IMG/VR virus record: IMGVR_UViG_3300033182_000157
Location: 1 to 64,000 of that record
Origin: a virus
Strand: one strand, 5' to 3'
Length of the DNA: 64,000 nucleotides
Part shown: positions 58,314-64,000 of the stretch, piece after piece
How the letters are laid out: each line of letters opens with the position of its first letter
Numbering within the stretch: the first letter of the stretch is position 1
Notes under the pieces: model-generated
The model's database searches: none
The model's input: only the letters and a program-made list of their open reading frames with translations
What the model was told of the DNA's origin: nothing
Made by a program: the position numbers and the translations under genes

Positions 58314-59540
58314 ATGAAGATTGGATTTATTGGCGTAGGCAAACTAGGTATGCCTTGTGCGGAAGAAATTGTACACAAAGGACACACTGTTGATGGGTAC
58401 GATGTAGCAGAAGTACAAAGCGACTATGTAAACGTAGTAAATTCAATTGAAGAAGCAGTATCAAATAAGGAAATTGTGTTTATTGCTGTACCTACTCCGC
58501 ACGATCCATTATATGATGGCAATGCACCAACAGCACATTTACCTACAAAAGATTTCTCATACGATATTGTAAAAGAAGTTTTGTTTGAAGCAAACAAGCA
58601 TATGACTGAAGATCAGTTATTAGTTCTTATTTCAACAGTACTTCCAGGAACAACTCGTCAACAGTTTGTACAGTTAGTTACTAATACACGTTTTGTATAT
58701 AACCCTTACTTGATTGCTATGGGCAGTGTAGCATGGGACATGGTAAATCCAGAGATGGTAATGATTGGCACAGAAGATGGACGCGAAACAGGTGATGCTA
58801 AACAACTTGTTGAATTTTATAAAACTGTAATGGAAAACGATCCGCGTTATGTTGTTGGAACTTGGGACGAGTGCGAGTGTATTAAAGTATTTTATAACAC
58901 ATTTATTTCTACTAAAATTAGTTTAGTGAATATGATACAAGACGTAGCAGAAAAGCAAGGTAACATCAATGTTGATGTTGTTACTAAAGCACTTGCTGAA
59001 AGCACAATGCGTATTATGGGCAAGCAGTATATGACTGCTGGAATGGGCGATGGCGGTGCGTGTCATCCACGTGATAATATTGCTCTACGTTATATGGCAG
59101 AAGAACTTGATTTAGGATATGATTTGTTTGATGCTATTATGAATGCTCGTGAAATACAAGCAGAAAATTTAGCAAAAGAATTAGTAAAACACTCTAAAGA
59201 AAATAAGATGCCTATCTATATTCACGGTAAAGCATACAAACCAAAAGTATCGTACTTAGACGGTAGTTATAGTTTGTTAGTAGGACACTATTGCGAAGCA
59301 ATGGGATACCCTGTAAAATATATTGATCCTTATACTGGAGATGATTTTGAACCTAGCAAGCCGGGTGTATTTTTGTTAGCACATTCCGCAGAAGTAACGT
59401 ATGAATATACAGGTAAACAAAGTACAGACGAATTATATTGTGTTATACCAATGGGAAGTATTGTAATTGACCCTTGGCGTAAGTTTCAATCTCAAGCAAG
59501 TAAAGTAATACACTACGGAAATACCCGGAATAGAGCTTGA
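58314..59540 (+). CDS. ugd: UDP-glucose/GDP-mannose 6-dehydrogenase family
   Basis: GVGKLG Rossmann motif, FIAVPTP, ISTVLPGTT, YNP, IKVFYNTFISTKIS, GDGGACHPRD, GKAYKP. Confidence 0.9.
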   Translation: MKIGFIGVGKLGMPCAEEIVHKGHTVDGYDVAEVQSDYVNVVNSIEEAVSNKEIVFIAVPTPHDPLYDGNAPTAHLPTKDFSYDIVKEVLFEANKHMTEDQLLVLISTVLPGTTRQQFVQLVTNTRFVYNPYLIAMGSVAWDMVNPEMVMIGTEDGRETGDAKQLVEFYKTVMENDPRYVVGTWDECECIKVFYNTFISTKISLVNMIQDVAEKQGNINVDVVTKALAESTMRIMGKQYMTAGMGDGGACHPRDNIALRYMAEELDLGYDLFDAIMNAREIQAENLAKELVKHSKENKMPIYIHGKAYKPKVSYLDGSYSLLVGHYCEAMGYPVKYIDPYTGDDFEPSKPGVFLLAHSAEVTYEYTGKQSTDELYCVIPMGSIVIDPWRKFQSQASKVIHYGNTRNRA

Positions 59541-59565
59541 CATTTCTAATAAGAGATGTTACTAT
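59537..59565 (+). promoter_or_regulatory. Host sigma70-type promoter with extended -10
   Basis: TTGACA-N17-TACTAT, preceded by TGn; ATG follows 6 nt after the -10 box. Confidence 0.7.
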
Positions 59566-59571
59566 GTATAG

Positions 59572-60627
59572 ATGCAAAATGTCAACGATATTAAAACAGT
59601 TCATATTGAGCTAACTGATAAATGCCAAGCACAATGTCCAATGTGTGCTAGAAACTATCACGGTGGCAAACCTCGTCCTTTTATTCGCAACGGCGATATT
59701 AGCATTGAACAATTTAAAGAATGGTTCCCTAAAGACTTCCTAGCACAACTATCTAATTTTTATAGTTGTGGCAATTACGGCGATCCTGCTTTTGCTAGAG
59801 ATTGTTTAGAAATCTATTCGTATGTACGAGAATGTAACCCGCATACAAGACTAGCAATACATACTAACGGTGGTATGCGAAATCCCGAATGGTGGACTAA
59901 ACTAGCACAACACAACATTGAAGTTGTGTTTGCTGTAGACGGATTCAAAGGTAAACACGAGTTATATCGTAAGAACACAAATTTTGATAAAGTTATTGAA
60001 AATCTAACAGCATTTATAAACGCAGGAGGCACTGCAAAAGTTGATAGTCTTGTTTTCGCACACAATGAACGCGATGTAGAAGAACTAGAACAATATCTAT
60101 TAGGGTTAGGTGTAGAAAGTGTAAATTTTGTTAGCACAACAAGATTTTATGAAATGACAGAATTTGAAGTACATGATAATAATGGAAATGTACAATATAA
60201 AATACATCCTGCTCAGACGCCTAAGTATAAACGAACACCAAACAACACGTTAAACGCATTAGTGGATAAAGAAGTACGAGATGCTGCTCTTGAAGCAGCA
60301 GAGATATCTCCTATATGCGAGAGCGAACAAGGTATATATGTTGATCCTTACGGAAATATATCACCGTGCTGTTGGATAGGTGGCGACTATTTAGAAGAAC
60401 CAGTTAAAGAAACACTGCCGATACATTATCTTAGAAACATAAGTGTAGAAAATACTCAACAAATAATGAACGAAATAGGTGTTCCTAAATGCCAAGATGG
60501 TGTACTTGGAACTAATACAGTCTTGTTTGAAGAACTTAACAAGTACTGGCAAGGTCCTGATAAATGTATGACTTGTGTGAAGGTATGCTCTAAAGCATTA
60601 TATAATAGTAGAACGAAAAATGACTGA
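59572..60627 (+). CDS. Radical SAM protein with C-terminal SPASM-like domain
   Basis: CQAQCPMC, GNYGDP, HTNGG; C-terminal C..PCC..CMTCVKVC. Confidence 0.85.
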   Translation: MQNVNDIKTVHIELTDKCQAQCPMCARNYHGGKPRPFIRNGDISIEQFKEWFPKDFLAQLSNFYSCGNYGDPAFARDCLEIYSYVRECNPHTRLAIHTNGGMRNPEWWTKLAQHNIEVVFAVDGFKGKHELYRKNTNFDKVIENLTAFINAGGTAKVDSLVFAHNERDVEELEQYLLGLGVESVNFVSTTRFYEMTEFEVHDNNGNVQYKIHPAQTPKYKRTPNNTLNALVDKEVRDAALEAAEISPICESEQGIYVDPYGNISPCCWIGGDYLEEPVKETLPIHYLRNISVENTQQIMNEIGVPKCQDGVLGTNTVLFEELNKYWQGPDKCMTCVKVCSKALYNSRTKND

Positions 60628-61597
60628 CATTCCATGGGATAATATTACACGATTTGGCCAAAAGACCCTCCTAAAGAGCCATCTTTTTACAGTCTCTTGG
60701 ATCACCACTAGATATTGTAATTATGAGTGCTCTTATTGCTGGCCTCACGCAAGATCTAGTACCCCAGATACAAACCCACTAGAATTGTACTTAAACACGA
60801 TGGATAGTATCAAGGCACAGGCAAGAAACAATGGTTTTACAGATTTCCACTTCAGTTTTAGCGGAGGAGAACCTACAGTAAATAAGCACTTCTTGCCCTT
60901 AGTAGAACACTACTGTAACGACGAAGCACCAGAATATCAAAGCATACACATGACTACAAATCTGTCCCCAGGCAGCAAGTGGTGGAATAAGTACTTAGAA
61001 GCAACACAAACTCTACAGCGCAGAAGCGTAACAGCAAGTTTCCACGACGAGTTTGCTAAAGAACAAGAGTTTGGAGATAAGTGCTTACAACTAATGAATG
61101 GAGGAGTATATGTTACAATCAATCAAGTTATGGTTCCAGAAAAGTTTGACGAGCTTTACGAACGCTTGGGAAGATTTGCCGCCAGAGGTATTAATGTCAC
61201 TCTCAAACCACAGTCCAATCCTACCGCTACAGCAGTGGTTGAAGGCTACACAGAAGAACAAATCCGAATCATGCGAGAAGGATTCCCACAGCAGTGGCAA
61301 GGCGAATCAGTCGCACAAGTTGCACTCTACGACAAAGAAGGACAAGAGTACGAATTAGATCAAGCAGAACGTTTTAATGCGTTTGGATTCAATAAATTTG
61401 AAGGTTGGTATTGTAACGCAGGATATCAAGGTATTGTAATACGTGAGAATGAAGTTAAACGTAGTTACAGTTGCCACGAAGAACCATTAGGTACACTAGA
61501 AAACTTTAAGATATTCGATGGCCCTCGTAGATGTATAACTCCAACTTGCGTTAGTTCGGCAGACTCAAAACTGCCAAAGGTAAAATATGAAGGTTGA
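60620..61597 (+). CDS. Radical SAM protein
   Basis: CNYECSYC, SGGEPT, TTNL; C-terminal CNAG..C..C..C. Confidence 0.85.
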   Translation: MTDIPWDNITRFGQKTLLKSHLFTVSWITTRYCNYECSYCWPHARSSTPDTNPLELYLNTMDSIKAQARNNGFTDFHFSFSGGEPTVNKHFLPLVEHYCNDEAPEYQSIHMTTNLSPGSKWWNKYLEATQTLQRRSVTASFHDEFAKEQEFGDKCLQLMNGGVYVTINQVMVPEKFDELYERLGRFAARGINVTLKPQSNPTATAVVEGYTEEQIRIMREGFPQQWQGESVAQVALYDKEGQEYELDQAERFNAFGFNKFEGWYCNAGYQGIVIRENEVKRSYSCHEEPLGTLENFKIFDGPRRCITPTCVSSADSKLPKVKYEG

Positions 61598-62183
61598 ATT
61601 AGAAGATGTATTGTTTTGGATGGACGCTATTCGCAATAGCGATGATCGTTATCGTACACTTGAAAGTTTCTGGAAAGGACAGATTCATAGTAAGCAATGG
61701 CTTATTGAACGCCTTGAAGAACACGCTCTACCAAGCAAAAATAATATAGAAATACACGGAGGTTGGAATGGAGTTCTTGCTAGTCTTATTTTTAATAGCA
61801 GCATTAATGTTGGACGAATCACAAGTGTAGATGTTGATCCTGTATGTAAAGAAATTGCTCATACAGTGAATAAAGCATATGAAATGCGGGGTATGTTTAA
61901 GGCTGTAACAGAAGATATGTGTACTCGTAATTACAAAGCGGATATTGTTATTAACACAAGTTGCGAGCATATTACTCAAGAACAGTACGAGCAATGGTTA
62001 AGCAATGTTCCCCAATTAGCAACTATTGTTTTACAAAGTAATAATTATTTTGCTTGTGAAGAACATATTAGATGTGTAGAAGATTTAGATGAGTTTGTAG
62101 AACAAAGTAACATACGTGTATTTTGGAAAGGAGTTTACGAAACTCCGACGTACAGTAGATTTATGATTATTGGAAAGAAGTAA
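61587..62183 (+). CDS. Class I SAM-dependent methyltransferase-like protein
   Basis: IHGGWNG motif I, SVDVDP motif II, INTSCEH. Confidence 0.7.
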   Translation: MKVELEDVLFWMDAIRNSDDRYRTLESFWKGQIHSKQWLIERLEEHALPSKNNIEIHGGWNGVLASLIFNSSINVGRITSVDVDPVCKEIAHTVNKAYEMRGMFKAVTEDMCTRNYKADIVINTSCEHITQEQYEQWLSNVPQLATIVLQSNNYFACEEHIRCVEDLDEFVEQSNIRVFWKGVYETPTYSRFMIIGKK

Positions 62184-62842
62184 TGGAAGAGCGTGTAAAC
62201 AAGTTGCTACAGATGTTTGTTGATGGTGAGTTAGGCTGGCTTGAACTTGATACTTCGTTTACACCTTATTATGAACCTACTGAACTAGAAGCAGTTGAAC
62301 CTTATTATGTAGAACATCGTGAAGGGGAAAATCACGAAGGTTGGGAAAGTTGTTGTATACACGGACTAGGTCCCAACAAAACACGTATTTGTTACGACTA
62401 CGGATATGATAATGAAATAGAAGCACCGTACTACTGGACTGAAGTGGCAGAAGCAGCACCGAGAGCGGCACAGTTTTGGAAAGACTTCCCAGCAGAGCGA
62501 TTTGCTCGTATGAGATTTATGAAATTAAAGCCAGGTGGAAACATAGGACTACACAATGACAGACCTAAACAATTTCCGCCTAGTTTAGTTGACTTTTTAT
62601 TACCTATAAATGTAGCAATTACACATCCGGAAGATTGTCGTATGTTTGTAGAAGGATACGGTTTTGTTCCGTGGGAGCCTGGAAAGGTATTTCTTGTGAA
62701 CATAATGCAAAATCATATGGTAATTAACAATTCAGATCAAGATAGAATTCATATGATTGCTCAAGTACATCCTGGCAATCGTAAAAAAGAATTTATGGAC
62801 CTATTAATTAGAAGCGCAGTAAAAAATGGTTACGAAGTTTAA
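62183..62842 (+). CDS. 2OG-Fe(II) oxygenase, aspartyl/asparaginyl beta-hydroxylase-like
   Basis: RFMKLKPGG.IGLHND (HxD) ... HMVINNSDQDRIHMI. Confidence 0.8.
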   Translation: MEERVNKLLQMFVDGELGWLELDTSFTPYYEPTELEAVEPYYVEHREGENHEGWESCCIHGLGPNKTRICYDYGYDNEIEAPYYWTEVAEAAPRAAQFWKDFPAERFARMRFMKLKPGGNIGLHNDRPKQFPPSLVDFLLPINVAITHPEDCRMFVEGYGFVPWEPGKVFLVNIMQNHMVINNSDQDRIHMIAQVHPGNRKKEFMDLLIRSAVKNGYEV

Positions 62843-64000
62843 AGCAAGAACATCTAGCAATATAGCATTCATATGTCTTGATATTTTAAAATATGTCAAG
62901 GACACGTATATTAGAGATATAGTAAAGAATATTGCAGATTTTACGGTACAGAATTTAGTTGACCATGGATATGATGTGTATATTACTAAAAGATACACAG
63001 ATGGCCAACGTTTATTTTTAGATGATGTTATTAAACAAATTAGGAACGATTATACTCACGTAGTTGTTTATACAAATGACACAGAGTTTGAAGGCGGCGG
63101 ATTTTTTAGTGCCCTTGAAAATTTAGTACAGGAAGATTTTTTTGTTGCTGGGCATATTTTAGATCGTAGTAACTTTGATGCTTATTACGAAATACACGAT
63201 CAATGTTTTGTAGTTAATTTAAAACAATACATTGATTTAGGCACTCCAGAAATTGGCGACCAGGAAGAAGTATCAGAAGTTAATTTATTAGAAATTGTTC
63301 CTAGTACAGATCATTATCACGACAACTACACACCAAAGAGTGTTTGTGTAAGTGATACGTTAAAAAAATTTAAGAATGTTCCATTTGGATGGAAGTGGCT
63401 AAACACTGGCGCACGAATTAAAGTGTTTGATGAATCAATTAGAAACGCAAAACGAAACTATTATGCTCGTTATCCGGAAGAGTTTCATAAAAATATTGCT
63501 TATAATTTTAAAAAACATCATTATGCTAGTTCAGAATTATTTTATCCGGCAAATACAGAAGAGCCTGTAGAATTAGACATTGATATAATTGAGCAAATTG
63601 CTGTCTCTGCAAGCGGGTTAAATTTTTTATATTACTTAGACAAATACGGATATAATGAAAATACAGAAGTTATTTTTTATGATAACAACCCAACCAGTTT
63701 ACGTATGATGGAAAAGGTTGTATCTTGTTTTGACGGAACAGATTATGTTAAATTTGTAAAAGAAAATTGTACAGGAATATTTGCTAGTGACAAAGCAATA
63801 CAAGACCATTGGGATACATTTAAAAAGTTGTGGCCAATTGTCAATAAAGTTAAGTTTCGTTTTGATAATATAGATGCAATGTACGAAGTACCTCCAAGTT
63901 TATGTAACGGTAAAAATAATATCTATAATCTTACTAACGTATTTTCATACGAGCCTAATATAGCGTTTCGTTCACTTTCTCACAGAGTTGCTTCACAAAA
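62826..64000 (+). CDS. Hypothetical protein, truncated by the window end (absent from the ORF track)
   Basis: ATG at 62826 (MVTKFKARTSSNIAFICLD...GHILDRSNFDAYYEIHDQCFVVNL...); no stop found where I read the frame, and its omission from the track is consistent with running off the end. Confidence 0.75.
   Translation, partial: MVTKFKARTSSNIAFICLDILKYVKDTYIRDIVKNIADFTVQNLVDHGYDVYITKRYTDGQRLFLDDVIKQIRNDYTHVVVYTNDTEFEGGGFFSALENLVQEDFFVAGHILDRSNFDAYYEIHDQCFVVNLKQYIDLGTPEIGDQEEVSEVNLLEIVPSTDHYHDNYTPKSVCVSDTLKKFKNVPFGWKWLNTGARIKVFDESIRNAKRNYYARYPEEFHKNIAYNFKKHHYASSELFYPANTEEPVELDIDIIEQIAVSASGLNFLYYLDKYGYNENTEVIFYDNNPTSLRMMEKVVSCFDGTDYVKFVKENCTGIFASDKAIQDHWDTFKKLWPIVNKVKFRFDNIDAMYEVPPSLCNGKNNIYNLTNVFSYEPNIAFRSLSHRVASQ

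Noticed and set aside
60620-61597. Viperin-like antiviral enzyme
   Set aside because: Only generic radical-SAM motifs are shared; viperin-specific NxH..CNYxCxFCFH and C-terminal motifs are absent

Overview
A 64-kb segment of a large, AT-rich (roughly 35% GC by eye) T4-superfamily contractile-tailed phage. Its gene order resembles the RaK2/GAP32/Atu_ph07-type jumbo myoviruses (inference from recalled architecture, not from a search). Left to right: (i) head module on the minus strand: gp23 capsid, gp22 scaffold, gp21 protease, acidic core protein and gp20 portal, with a Maf/GT42-like glycosyltransferase embedded in it; (ii) tape measure, divergent from gp26/gp51; (iii) a ~590-bp non-coding, heavily base-paired region directly downstream of a small GIY-YIG nuclease; (iv) Hc1-like protein, gp46, gp47 and late sigma gp55; (v) baseplate genes on the plus strand (gp48/54-like, gp53, hub, gp5, gp25, gp6 and a 4511-aa giant wedge protein) and three tail fibres that share an N-terminal docking domain; (vi) a >13-kb cluster of glycosyltransferases, UDP-sugar dehydrogenase, radical-SAM enzymes, a methyltransferase and a 2OG-Fe(II) hydroxylase, running off the window. 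The most notable candidate new system is a self-contained minus-strand late transcription unit: promoter TAAGTA at 11872-11867, a leaderless GIY-YIG ORF with no DNA-recognition domain, a ~430-nt multi-helix RNA, and a terminator at 10985-10960. It is followed by an AT-rich stretch and three abutting GNA/GNNA-loop ssDNA-type hairpins. It could be a nuclease-ncRNA ribonucleoprotein, an RNA-primed (R-loop) replication origin, or both. Also notable: evidence for virion glycosylation, leaderless late mRNAs (TAARTA-N5-ATG, four times) and selective avoidance of AGCT/TGCA. No tRNA, rRNA, CRISPR array or transposon was recognised.
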